From Ignavibacteria bacterium (GTDB taxonomy: Bacteria > Bacteroidota > Ignavibacteria > Tepidaquicellales > OLB5): 59,108 nucleotides of DNA. Position 1 is the stretch's first letter. Each line of letters opens with the position of its first letter. Of this stretch, positions 27,683-36,439 are shown piece after piece. The stretch spans positions 1-59,108 of the forward strand of contig JACSRQ010000098.1 of assembly GCA_014879675.1 (NCBI GenBank). The letters run 5' to 3'. The notes under the pieces are model-generated. The model was not told where the DNA came from. It saw nothing but the letters and a program-made list of their open reading frames with translations, and searched no databases. Made by a program: the position numbers and the translations under genes.

Positions 27683-27926
27683 AAGTGAATAGTAGATGCC
27701 ACATTTAAATTTAACCCCACCCCTCAGAGTGGGGTGAGGGAACACGATAGCAACCCGGGCTTTAGCCCTGACAAATTACCTAGCATAGAAATCGTATTTC
27801 CCAAAACTAGTTGTATATTGCATGATTAATTGTAATATTTGTTTTGCATATTTAATATGAAACAGATAATCAAAATAAACATAAGTAAATTGTTCACACA
27901 AAACCAAAATCCGGCTATAGATCACC

Positions 27927-29849
27927 ATGCGTAAACTTGCAGCTATTATGTTCTCGGATATGACCGGCTACACTGCACTTATGCAGCAGAACGAAAAGCT
28001 TGCGATTGAAAAGCGCCGGCGGCTGAAGGATGTCCTTGAGTCATCGGTTACAGCGCATAATGGGAAGATACTTCAATACTACGGCGATGGCGCTTTGAGT
28101 ATTTTCGATAGCGCAATTGACTGCGTTAATTCTGCAATTGAGATACAAAAGCTGCTGCAGCAGGAACCGAAAGTCGAACTGCGAATAGGCATACATACCG
28201 GCGATATATCGATCGAAGATGAAACGATCTACGGCGATGGCGTAAACCTGGCATCCAGAATAGAATCACTTGCCATACCGGGATCGGTTCTCATCTCCGA
28301 AAAAGTTTTTGATGAAATAAAAAACCATGAGTCCCTTTCTGCGCGTGAGATGGGATATTTTGAGCTGAAGAATGTTACTAATCCCGTGCGTGTGTATGCA
28401 ATGGATATCACCGGACTGATCGTTCCGGCACGTGAAGAGCTGAAAGGTAAAACTAAAGCTCCCGCAAACAGGCTGGCCGTGCTGCCATTTGTGAACATGA
28501 GCGCCGACCCTGAAAATGAATATTTCAGCGACGGGATATCAGAAGAGCTGCTGAATGTTTTTTCCAAAGTGGATGGACTACAGGTTACTTCAAGGACTTC
28601 ATCCTTTGCTTTCAAAGGAAAGAACACGGATATTCGCGAAATTGGCCAGCAGCTGAATGTTGATAGGATCCTCGAAGGCAGCGTTCGCAGGTCAGGTAAC
28701 CGGGTGCGCATTACAGCTCAGCTTATAAATACCGCTGACGGCTACCATGTTTGGAGCGAAAATTTTGATCGGGACCTAACCGATATATTCAAAGTTCAGG
28801 ATGAGATAAGCAGTATAATCGTAAACAAATGCAGGGGCAATTTAACCGCTAAGGAACATGACGAAAAGCTGGTTGTACCTCCCACTCAAAACCTGCAGGC
28901 GTACACACTGTTTTTAAAAGGACTGCATTTCTACAACAAGATAACGCCGAAAAACGCGAAGAGGGCCATTGAGCTATTTGAAGAAGCGATAGCCATTGAA
29001 CCTGGATATGCTCATGCTTACGCAATGGCTGCCGAAGCTTATGCTTTCCTCGGCTCAACCGGGCAGGTCCAACCAAATGAAGCATTTGAGATTGTTCACA
29101 GGTACAGCGATAAAGCCATTATGCTGGATGGCACGCTCTCTGCGGGACATGCCGCCAAAGGTGCGGCATACTTGCTGTATGACTGGAAGTGGAACGAGGC
29201 ATATGAATCGCTGCAGAAAGCCATAAAGCTTAATCCCGCTGCTACTGATGCTTACCAGCTTCTTTCGTTCTATTACCTTGTGATGGCCAGAAAAAATGAA
29301 GCAGTTGAGATCATGGAAAAAGCGCTGGAAATCGATCCGCTCTCCTCAATAGTGCAGAAATCGCTGGTGGATGCATACCTAATTGCAGGAAGGCCAGCCG
29401 AGGCGTTGAAGCAGGCAGAGCTCCTGCTTGAAATGCATCCTCAAATGCGTATCGCAGTGGAGTTAAAAGGTTGGTGTGTTGGAACTTTAGGTGACTGGAA
29501 AAAGGCTGCCGAAATTTTTGAAGAGTTCCGTAAGGCTGTTAAACATCCGCTTAAAGGATTTGGCCCGCTGGGCTGCGCTTATGCCAATTCCGGCCAACGA
29601 GAAAAAGCATTGGAGTGCATAAGTAAAATTGAGCAGTGGCAATCCGAAGAGCCGGGTATTATTGTGGATGCGGATCTTGCTTTGATATGGCTTTCGCTGG
29701 AAGATTTCGACAAGGCATTTTATCATTTGTTCCAATGCGTTGAAAAAAGGATAGGTCCCGCCGCGATTATTATTGAACACCCGACATTTAAAGTACCCCA
29801 CGATGACCCCAGATTCATGCAGTTGAAAGAAAAGATGAATCTGGTATAA
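27927..29849 (+). CDS. Class III adenylate/guanylate cyclase with a TolB-N-like domain and C-terminal TPR repeats
   Basis: N-terminal CHD (AAIMFSDMTGYTAL...YYGDGALSIF...RIGIHTGD...YGDGVNLASRIES), a middle LAVLPFVNMSADPENEYFSDGISEEL module, and a TPR-like C-terminus. Confidence 0.85.
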   Translation: MRKLAAIMFSDMTGYTALMQQNEKLAIEKRRRLKDVLESSVTAHNGKILQYYGDGALSIFDSAIDCVNSAIEIQKLLQQEPKVELRIGIHTGDISIEDETIYGDGVNLASRIESLAIPGSVLISEKVFDEIKNHESLSAREMGYFELKNVTNPVRVYAMDITGLIVPAREELKGKTKAPANRLAVLPFVNMSADPENEYFSDGISEELLNVFSKVDGLQVTSRTSSFAFKGKNTDIREIGQQLNVDRILEGSVRRSGNRVRITAQLINTADGYHVWSENFDRDLTDIFKVQDEISSIIVNKCRGNLTAKEHDEKLVVPPTQNLQAYTLFLKGLHFYNKITPKNAKRAIELFEEAIAIEPGYAHAYAMAAEAYAFLGSTGQVQPNEAFEIVHRYSDKAIMLDGTLSAGHAAKGAAYLLYDWKWNEAYESLQKAIKLNPAATDAYQLLSFYYLVMARKNEAVEIMEKALEIDPLSSIVQKSLVDAYLIAGRPAEALKQAELLLEMHPQMRIAVELKGWCVGTLGDWKKAAEIFEEFRKAVKHPLKGFGPLGCAYANSGQREKALECISKIEQWQSEEPGIIVDADLALIWLSLEDFDKAFYHLFQCVEKRIGPAAIIIEHPTFKVPHDDPRFMQLKEKMNLV

Positions 29850-29922
29850 TATAGCAAATTTTCCCTCATGCCCCGAATAGTGAATAGCTATGTAACATTG
29901 CCAACATACCACAAACCCCCGA

Positions 29923-30680
29923 CTATACTAATCGAAGTAGGCACATTTAGGTTTAATCTGCATTTTAGCGTTATTCAGAAAATCATCCCCCCTTTTTAAA
30001 AGCGAAAGGGGGGACAGAAGCTTGTTGAGCCGCAATTTTCAGGCAGGTTATCTAAACCCTAGGGAAAGTGAATACTTGAATCTGAAGCACAAGCTGAATC
30101 TGTAAACACCCTCATGCCCCGAATAGAGAATAGCCACGAGTTGCCCACTCCGCAAATTTGAATAGATTCGTTTTGCTCGCAGAACTGATTTCGTGGCATG
30201 AGTATCTTCGGATTGATCCGTATAGAAACAAGTCTCGCGCAGAACTTTCATGAAGCGAAAGTCAAGGCCGCCAAGAAAAGCATAAATTATTAACCCCACC
30301 CTTCAGGGTGGGGTAGTGCAGCAGTGCCGAATACGGGCTTCAGCCCTGATGAATGAATCTTCAACGCTCTAACCATTTTATTCCATGTTCGACCCCTACG
30401 GGGTCGTAGGACTTTTTCGTCTTATTCTATAAACGTGTGACTCCTACGGAGTCAGATGTTATGCGGTTTAGCAGAATCAAAAGTCCCCTCCCCCGGAGGG
30501 GATTTAGGGGAGGTCATTTACAAATTCTTATGAGGTGGAGATTTCAGGAAGGTCATTTAGCAATTCTTAGGAAGATGGGAATTTAGAATGGGTCGAATTC
30601 AATCATTAACCCCGCCCTTCAGGGCGGGGGAAGAAGAGCAAGAAAGCCTCCTGGGCTTTAGCCCTGACGAACATTTTCAC
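29923..30680 (+). repeat. Composite multi-hairpin repeat, copy B (downstream flank of the cyclase gene)
   Basis: Same module order as copy A: hairpin 29985-30015, 159-nt module 30111-30269, ccccaccc hairpin ~30294-30314, cgacccc hairpin 30390-30406, tgactcc hairpin 30438-30454, degenerate ~38-bp tandem x3 at 30495-30600, and ccccgccc/gggcgggg hairpin 30609-30630. An extra 24-nt fragment of the 159-nt module lies at 29865-29888. Confidence 0.85.
30111..30269. other. Conserved 159-nt module (copy B)
   Basis: Collinear with 27149-27307. The stem ctcatgcc (30111-18) / ggcatgag (30195-202) has identical 84-nt spacing. Confidence 0.5.
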
Positions 30681-30745
30681 ACAAAATCTTTAAGTTGAGG
30701 GGATTTTGGCAGGGTACATGGAAAAACATATAATTCCTTTATTAC

Positions 30746-30775
30746 TTGCTTTTTTTTAAATATACCTTATATTTG
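30746..30775 (+). promoter_or_regulatory. Candidate TTG / TATATTTG promoter for the envelope gene cluster
   Basis: TTG at 30746-30748, a 19-nt spacer, then TATATTTG at 30768-30775. The first gene starts at 30875. Confidence 0.4.
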
Positions 30776-30874
30776 TTGATAGAAATCTAAAAATCATTGA
30801 AAATCTCTCAATAACTACCTAATTTAGCCTATCGAAATCTCTACATACTTGTAGTCAAATTAAAATTCCACAGC

Positions 30875-31657
30875 TTGCGTAAACTAAAATATTTTTTACT
30901 GCCCCTTTTTCTTGGGATACTTATGTACTCATGTGAAAAAGATGATTCAAATATTATAGACCCTGTATTATATTTCCCGGTGATTGATACTGCCGGTGTT
31001 ACCCCTGATCTCTTAGATACATCATTTATAAGTGTAACATTGAAAGCAAAGGTTACCTCAAGAGATCCCATCGCTTCTGTTATCGCCAAAATTGTCAGTC
31101 CTCAGGATTCTTCAATCGCTGAAGTGAATCTTGTGTTCGACGGTACTTATTATTCAGCTATCTATACAAAGCAGCTGGATTGTTTCCTTATTGGAAATTA
31201 CAAAGTAGAATTTTTGGCCAGTACTACGAAAGGCTTGAATAGTAACCTGGTTACAAGCAATTTTGGAATCATTAATCCAAACAATATTCCACCGGTGGTA
31301 TCTAACATTGTAGTTACCCCTGATAGTACACAAAGTGGCGTGGACGTATTCTTGATCTTTATGATTTCTGCAACTGACTTTAATGGCAATTGTGATATTA
31401 TGAATGTATTTTATACTGGCACGAGTCCAAACGGAACAAGTCTGACACCAAGAAACCTCTTTGATGACGGTAGTTGTTGTCCCATAGAAGGAACGGGAGT
31501 ACCCAGTGGCGATACTACCGCTTATGATAACAAGTTTACTCGTAAATTGTTTGGCGGTCCGCCCCAAATTGGATATTATAAATATTATATTAAAGCGGTT
31601 GATCGTACAGGTGACACTAGTAATGTTCTTAGTGATTCAATTTATGTTTATCCATAA
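30875..31657 (+). CDS. Hypothetical lipoprotein (Ig-like beta-rich domains)
   Basis: TTG start and signal peptide with lipobox ILMYSC. No family recognised. Confidence 0.6.
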   Translation: MRKLKYFLLPLFLGILMYSCEKDDSNIIDPVLYFPVIDTAGVTPDLLDTSFISVTLKAKVTSRDPIASVIAKIVSPQDSSIAEVNLVFDGTYYSAIYTKQLDCFLIGNYKVEFLASTTKGLNSNLVTSNFGIINPNNIPPVVSNIVVTPDSTQSGVDVFLIFMISATDFNGNCDIMNVFYTGTSPNGTSLTPRNLFDDGSCCPIEGTGVPSGDTTAYDNKFTRKLFGGPPQIGYYKYYIKAVDRTGDTSNVLSDSIYVYP

Positions 31658-31666
31658 CTCCGAAAA

Positions 31667-33316
31667 ATGAAAAAACTACTCATAATAGTATTATTAGCCG
31701 CTGTTAAGCTTTCTGTTTCACAAACACTTCCAATGGATTTCAAAATAACCCCGGAAGTATTCAAAAGCTTTAAGTCGACGGCTAACAACCAGTTCAGGCA
31801 GGCAGGCAGATTCATGGCGGCACCCGAATTTTCGCCAACTATCATATCAAATTTCATTTCTGATGTTATTATAGCAGGCAATGATGTCACCGATACCATC
31901 TGGTTCGGTACAGGGAAAGGTATTTCCAGGACAATAAACAACGGACTCAGCTTCCAGAATTATTACGGAACGGCGCCTTTCGGTGAGGATGATGTATCGG
32001 GAGTCGCAGTTTACAAGAACTGGGTGGTCGTTGCCACTGCAACATCGATGGATGTTGGCGATGAAAAGAATGTTCCGTTTGGTACGGGAATAAAGGTTTC
32101 ATCAGATTACGGCAATACTTGGAATGCATACGCGCAGCCGCAGGATTATACGGATACAGTAAATATTCAGTATGGCAGCAATGTTATTAAGGGGCTGGGA
32201 ATCACATCAACCGGTAAAAATTTATCTTACGATATTCTGATCACCAAAAAGAATAACACTTCCGATACTATAGTAATATGGCTGGCATCATGGGCAGGCG
32301 GCATAAGGAAATCAACAGATTTCGGCGCTACATTCCATCATGTGCTTACGCCACCTGATTCATTCGATACACTTAATATATCAGGTACATACAATTTCTT
32401 CTATAATCCGGTAAACAACGGAAACCACAAAGGATTTTCGCTTGCTGCCATGAATGATTCGGTAATTTACGCAGGAACTTCCGGCGGCATCAACAGGTCA
32501 ACCGACTGGGGCCAAAGCTGGATAAAATTCCGCTACCGCAACACCGGCTCAGGTACGGGAATATCAGGTAACTTTGTTGTTGGAATGAAGATGCAGAGAT
32601 TCGGCACAAAAGAAATTCTCTGGGCAGCCACAAACTTTGGCGAAGGAGAAATAGATAACTCGGGCCAGTTCTCGGCTTTAAGTTATACATCCAACGCCGG
32701 CGTTACATGGGCTAATACACTGGAAGAAGGTTTGTTCAGCCATAATATGGGCTTTCAGGACTCAATTGTTTACGGCGCAACAGATAACGGTATTTGGAGA
32801 AGCTACTTTACTCCTCCGAACTTTGCTTGGTCAAAGCCTTCGGTGATATATGATGAACAGCTAAGAGACCGCATCTATTCAAACAATTTTTATGCGGTAA
32901 CATCGCAGGGTGATTCAGTTTGGGTTGGCAGCGGAGACGGGCTTGCCAGAACAGTTGACTCCATCAGCAGTCCATGGGCAGGCAAATGGAAGATTTTCCG
33001 CGCGTACCAGACACTTACTTCTACAAATGAAACGTACGCGGCGCCAAATCCGTTTTCACCGGATGATGAAGTATGCAGGATATATTTTAAAACAGGCAAA
33101 ACTTCGGCAGCAGTAACCATTAAGCTGTTCGATTTTGCAATGTTCCCCGTTAGAACTGTTATTCAGAATGCGCAGCGCTCAACTCCCGATATGTTATGGG
33201 CAGTGTGGGATGGAAAGCGTGATGACGGCTCGCAGGTTGTTAACGGTGTATATTTCTACAGGATAGAAATTGATAAGGATCAAACCGTTTGGGGTAAGAT
33301 CCTTGTAATGCAATAA
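31667..33316 (+). CDS. Secreted BNR/Asp-box beta-propeller protein with a FlgD-Ig/T9SS-like C-terminal domain
   Basis: Asp-box-like repeats (SSDYGNTW, KSTDFGATF, RSTDWGQSW, TSNAGVTW). C-terminal AAPNPFSPDDE...VNGVYFYRIEID...GKILVMQ. Confidence 0.7.
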   Translation: MKKLLIIVLLAAVKLSVSQTLPMDFKITPEVFKSFKSTANNQFRQAGRFMAAPEFSPTIISNFISDVIIAGNDVTDTIWFGTGKGISRTINNGLSFQNYYGTAPFGEDDVSGVAVYKNWVVVATATSMDVGDEKNVPFGTGIKVSSDYGNTWNAYAQPQDYTDTVNIQYGSNVIKGLGITSTGKNLSYDILITKKNNTSDTIVIWLASWAGGIRKSTDFGATFHHVLTPPDSFDTLNISGTYNFFYNPVNNGNHKGFSLAAMNDSVIYAGTSGGINRSTDWGQSWIKFRYRNTGSGTGISGNFVVGMKMQRFGTKEILWAATNFGEGEIDNSGQFSALSYTSNAGVTWANTLEEGLFSHNMGFQDSIVYGATDNGIWRSYFTPPNFAWSKPSVIYDEQLRDRIYSNNFYAVTSQGDSVWVGSGDGLARTVDSISSPWAGKWKIFRAYQTLTSTNETYAAPNPFSPDDEVCRIYFKTGKTSAAVTIKLFDFAMFPVRTVIQNAQRSTPDMLWAVWDGKRDDGSQVVNGVYFYRIEIDKDQTVWGKILVMQ

Positions 33317-33380
33317 AACCCAAAACTATGAAATGATCGTTTACTTTTTTCCTAACTAAACTTACTGAAGGAGAAAAGCG

Positions 33381-34088
33381 ATGAAACACCTTTGTGCTTT
33401 GGCAGTTGTATCACTAGCAGTTGTATCTTTGTTCTTTGTAACGGGTCTAAAAGCCCAGGATTCAAGTTATCTATCAGCCGATAGGATCTATTTAAAAGCA
33501 GGCTATCAATATACATTCCGTTCAGGCTCCGGCTCTGTAAGGAAGGATAGAACGAAGTATTTTGGTACTGCTGTGAGCCCCGAAGGATGGGTAGATGTCT
33601 TTACCGCCGGAGTAGGCTTTAAGCTGAGTCCTAAGATATACCTTGAAACCACGTACGAGTATATGAAGGGTGTTGGTTTCCAATCAGAAGAGAGCCGTGT
33701 TTATAACGGTCATCCTTCTAATGGTGAAGAATACCCGCTGTACAGTGTGAATAATTTCTATAAGTCTCACGATCTGACAGCAAGGGCTCTCGTATTTGTG
33801 CATAATGATAGGAGAGTGAACCCGATCTATTTTATAAGCGGTCTTACTCTTTCAGTTCAGCCTGTGCATAATATATTCACAGATAGGTATGAAGACCGGA
33901 CAGAGATTTTCGACCAGAATTACACCAGGCTGCTTGCGGGTCCCGTTGCCGGTGTTGGTGTGTTCTGGGAAACAGGTTTTATCAAGTTTGCGACTGAGCT
34001 TACAATTGGCTCAAGATTTTCATTAGGTAAAAAAGAGCTTTCAGAAACAACTATTAATTTCAGTATTTCACCAATAATTGGTCCATAA
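33381..34088 (+). CDS. Putative outer-membrane beta-barrel protein
   Basis: Signal peptide and an alternating amphipathic strand pattern with aromatic girdle residues. Function unknown. Confidence 0.55.
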   Translation: MKHLCALAVVSLAVVSLFFVTGLKAQDSSYLSADRIYLKAGYQYTFRSGSGSVRKDRTKYFGTAVSPEGWVDVFTAGVGFKLSPKIYLETTYEYMKGVGFQSEESRVYNGHPSNGEEYPLYSVNNFYKSHDLTARALVFVHNDRRVNPIYFISGLTLSVQPVHNIFTDRYEDRTEIFDQNYTRLLAGPVAGVGVFWETGFIKFATELTIGSRFSLGKKELSETTINFSISPIIGP

Positions 34089-34093
34089 GTTAA

Positions 34094-34477
34094 ATGAGAA
34101 TTGCTGTTAAAACTATCGTGCTGTTATTCGGACTTTCAGGCCTGATGTGCGGCACAGTTAAAGGCGATAGTGATTACAATGCTGCTGCCGAATTTAAAGA
34201 AGGCACTCCGGTTAAATTTCCGGATTTCACTTTGACATTCCTTGGTATCAAAGATGAAAAAAAAGAGCTGCCTAACGGCACGCTTAATTTCAGGTTTTAT
34301 GAATTTAAGCTTAACGACGGCACCACCGAAAAAACCATAAGGTGGTCATCCGGGACAGGGGATATCGCGCCTTTGGACTTTGAATTCGGCAGCGGCAAAT
34401 TTCAGCTTGAGCTTAAAAACTCTGAAAAGCTGAAAAAGAAACTAAATGAAAATGAATTGGTTATAGTAAAAAGATAA
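34094..34477 (+). CDS. Small secreted hypothetical protein
   Basis: Signal peptide. 127-aa ORF tightly packed between neighbouring genes. Confidence 0.55.
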   Translation: MRIAVKTIVLLFGLSGLMCGTVKGDSDYNAAAEFKEGTPVKFPDFTLTFLGIKDEKKELPNGTLNFRFYEFKLNDGTTEKTIRWSSGTGDIAPLDFEFGSGKFQLELKNSEKLKKKLNENELVIVKR

Positions 34478-34480
34478 TTG

Positions 34481-35455
34481 ATGAAAAACATAATCAGAAT
34501 ATCCGTTTTATTGCTTGTATTTGCAGTTCCTTCGTTTGCGCAGCTTGGCGGCCTGCCCGGTGCGTTCACGCGCATGGGATTCAGCTCCCGCGGCATCGGC
34601 ATGGGGAATGCAATGACAAGTGTAACTACAGGCGATATGAACGGGTTGTATAACCCGGCTGTCTCTTCGTTCCAGGATGAACATTTGATTAACCTTAGCT
34701 ATTCATTCCTTTCGCTTGATAGAAGCCTGAACTTTGTAAGTTATACAAAGAACTTCAGTCTTCCCAATACCACTGAAAGCGGTGCGGGTGTAACTTTTGC
34801 ATGGGTTAATTCCGGCGTTGGCAAGATCGATGGCAGGGACATGGACGGATTTTCGATAGGCGAGCTTTCCACAAGTGAAAATGAATTCTATTTCGCGCCG
34901 GCAATACGGGTTTCACCTAAATTATCTTTCGGTGTTGGATTCAAGCTGTATTACTCAAAGCTCTATGAGGGAGTTTCATCCACATCTTTCGGATTTGATC
35001 TTGGCGCGGTTTATAAGGTTAGCGATAAGCTTAATGCCGGAATTTCAGTCAGGGATATAAACTCGAAGTACGAATGGAATACAACAGAAGTTTATGGCCA
35101 GAACGGTAACCAAACCTCCGAGAAATTCCCAAAGCTGTTTGCGATTGGCTTCAGCTACCAGCTTCCAAAAAACTTCGGGCTGGTTGCGCTTGATTATGAA
35201 ACAAGCAACAAGAAGTCGAACATCATCAGGGCGGGTGCAGAGATACTGCCGATCAAAGATGTGAAGTTCCGCGCGGGATTCGACAGGCTCGATCTCAGCG
35301 CAGAAGATAAGCTTGGCGGCGCGCGTGCAATGTTCGGCGTTGGTTATCAAAAGGCATTTAACAGCTACATAGTGGGTATTGATTATTCGTTCGTTCTGGA
35401 GCCATATACCCATAACCCGTTCCAAACGATTACGGCTGTTATTAAATTGAAATAA
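34481..35455 (+). CDS. PorV/PorQ-family (FadL-like) outer-membrane beta-barrel protein
   Basis: Signal peptide followed by GAFTRMGFSSRGIGMGNAMTSV...LYNPAV, typical of the family. ATG 34481 is preferred (TTG at 34478). Confidence 0.65.
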   Translation: MKNIIRISVLLLVFAVPSFAQLGGLPGAFTRMGFSSRGIGMGNAMTSVTTGDMNGLYNPAVSSFQDEHLINLSYSFLSLDRSLNFVSYTKNFSLPNTTESGAGVTFAWVNSGVGKIDGRDMDGFSIGELSTSENEFYFAPAIRVSPKLSFGVGFKLYYSKLYEGVSSTSFGFDLGAVYKVSDKLNAGISVRDINSKYEWNTTEVYGQNGNQTSEKFPKLFAIGFSYQLPKNFGLVALDYETSNKKSNIIRAGAEILPIKDVKFRAGFDRLDLSAEDKLGGARAMFGVGYQKAFNSYIVGIDYSFVLEPYTHNPFQTITAVIKLK

Positions 35456-35501
35456 TGTTTATTTTTGTATCCCGGTAACTCAAATTGAAAAAGGAATATA
35501 A

Positions 35502-36407
35502 TTGAAAGTTCTTGTTAAATACGTTTCACTGATTCTGCTAATAACAGCCGTATCGTTTACGCAAAATGACGGTACAGGGAACACCGGGCTGGCATTTCTA
35601 AAGCTTGGCGTTACATCGCGCTCAATATCACTCGGCGAAGCTGTAGTATCAAGCACAAATGACGCATCGGCTACGCATTACAATCCGGCTGCTTTGTTTA
35701 ATGGAAGCAAGATGAACCTCGTATTCATGCATAATGAGCAGATACTTGGTGTTAGAACAGAGTTCTTTGGGGCAAAGATGAAGGGCGATAAGTTCGCGTT
35801 CGGTCTTAGCCTTAATAATACAAGTGTTGATAAGATCGAAATCAGAGAGATTCCGGGTGAGCCGCTTGGCGAGTTTACAGCGCAGAATTTTGCTTTTGGG
35901 TTATCTGCCGGGTATAAAGTTAATAACATGCTTTCTATCGGCGTAACGGGTAAGTTTATTTATGAAAAGATATATGTTGATAATGCCAGCGGTTTTGCTT
36001 TCGATATCGGTGGATTGTATGTAAAAGATAACCTTTCTATAGGTGCTGCGTTTACAAACTTTGGCTCTATGACTGAACTGAGAAATGAAGCAACCAAAAT
36101 GCCTTCTGCACTTAGGTTTGGTGGTTCATATTCTATAATTCTCGTTGGTATGAGCTCAAGATTGCTTGTTGCCGCAGATGGATACAAAGTGTTTGATGGC
36201 GGCAAGTTCCACGCTAACACCGGTGCGGAATTCCAATACAAAGATTTCCTTGCTCTCAGGGTTGGTTATCAATCCGGTTATGAGAATAAATCCATAACAA
36301 CAGGCATCGGACTTAAATACAAATCGGTTTCACTCGATTATGCATTCGTACCTTACAAGTATTCACTCGGCAGCAGTCATACTATAACGCTTGCCACCGG
36401 TTTTTGA
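35502..36407 (+). CDS. PorV/PorQ-family outer-membrane beta-barrel protein (second copy)
   Basis: TTG start with an upstream aaaggaa. GLAFLKLGVTSRSISLGEAVVS...HYNPAAL motif. Terminal ...LATGF. Confidence 0.65.
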   Translation: MKVLVKYVSLILLITAVSFTQNDGTGNTGLAFLKLGVTSRSISLGEAVVSSTNDASATHYNPAALFNGSKMNLVFMHNEQILGVRTEFFGAKMKGDKFAFGLSLNNTSVDKIEIREIPGEPLGEFTAQNFAFGLSAGYKVNNMLSIGVTGKFIYEKIYVDNASGFAFDIGGLYVKDNLSIGAAFTNFGSMTELRNEATKMPSALRFGGSYSIILVGMSSRLLVAADGYKVFDGGKFHANTGAEFQYKDFLALRVGYQSGYENKSITTGIGLKYKSVSLDYAFVPYKYSLGSSHTITLATGF

Positions 36408-36439
36408 TCCTGTAAACGCAATAGATAAGAGCTGAATGA

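Larger units (their letters stand above)
27005..27790 (+). repeat. Composite multi-hairpin repeat, copy A (upstream flank of the cyclase gene)
   Basis: Ordered modules: gtcccccc...ggggggac hairpin 27076-27106; 159-nt module 27149-27307; ccccaccc/gggtgggg hairpin 27337-27358; gggc-ttta-gccc 27380-27391; cgacccc-ta-ggggtcg 27432-27448 plus T-run; tgactcc-tac-ggagtca 27480-27496; 36-bp tandem array; and a second ccccaccc and gggctttagccc pair at 27715-27775. The same order recurs at 29923-30680. Confidence 0.85.

Noticed and set aside
27005-30680. A composite transposon carrying the cyclase gene.
   Set aside because: The flanks are direct rather than inverted repeats. They contain no transposase ORF or terminal inverted repeats, and no target-site duplication could be identified. 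Only recombination between direct repeats remains plausible.
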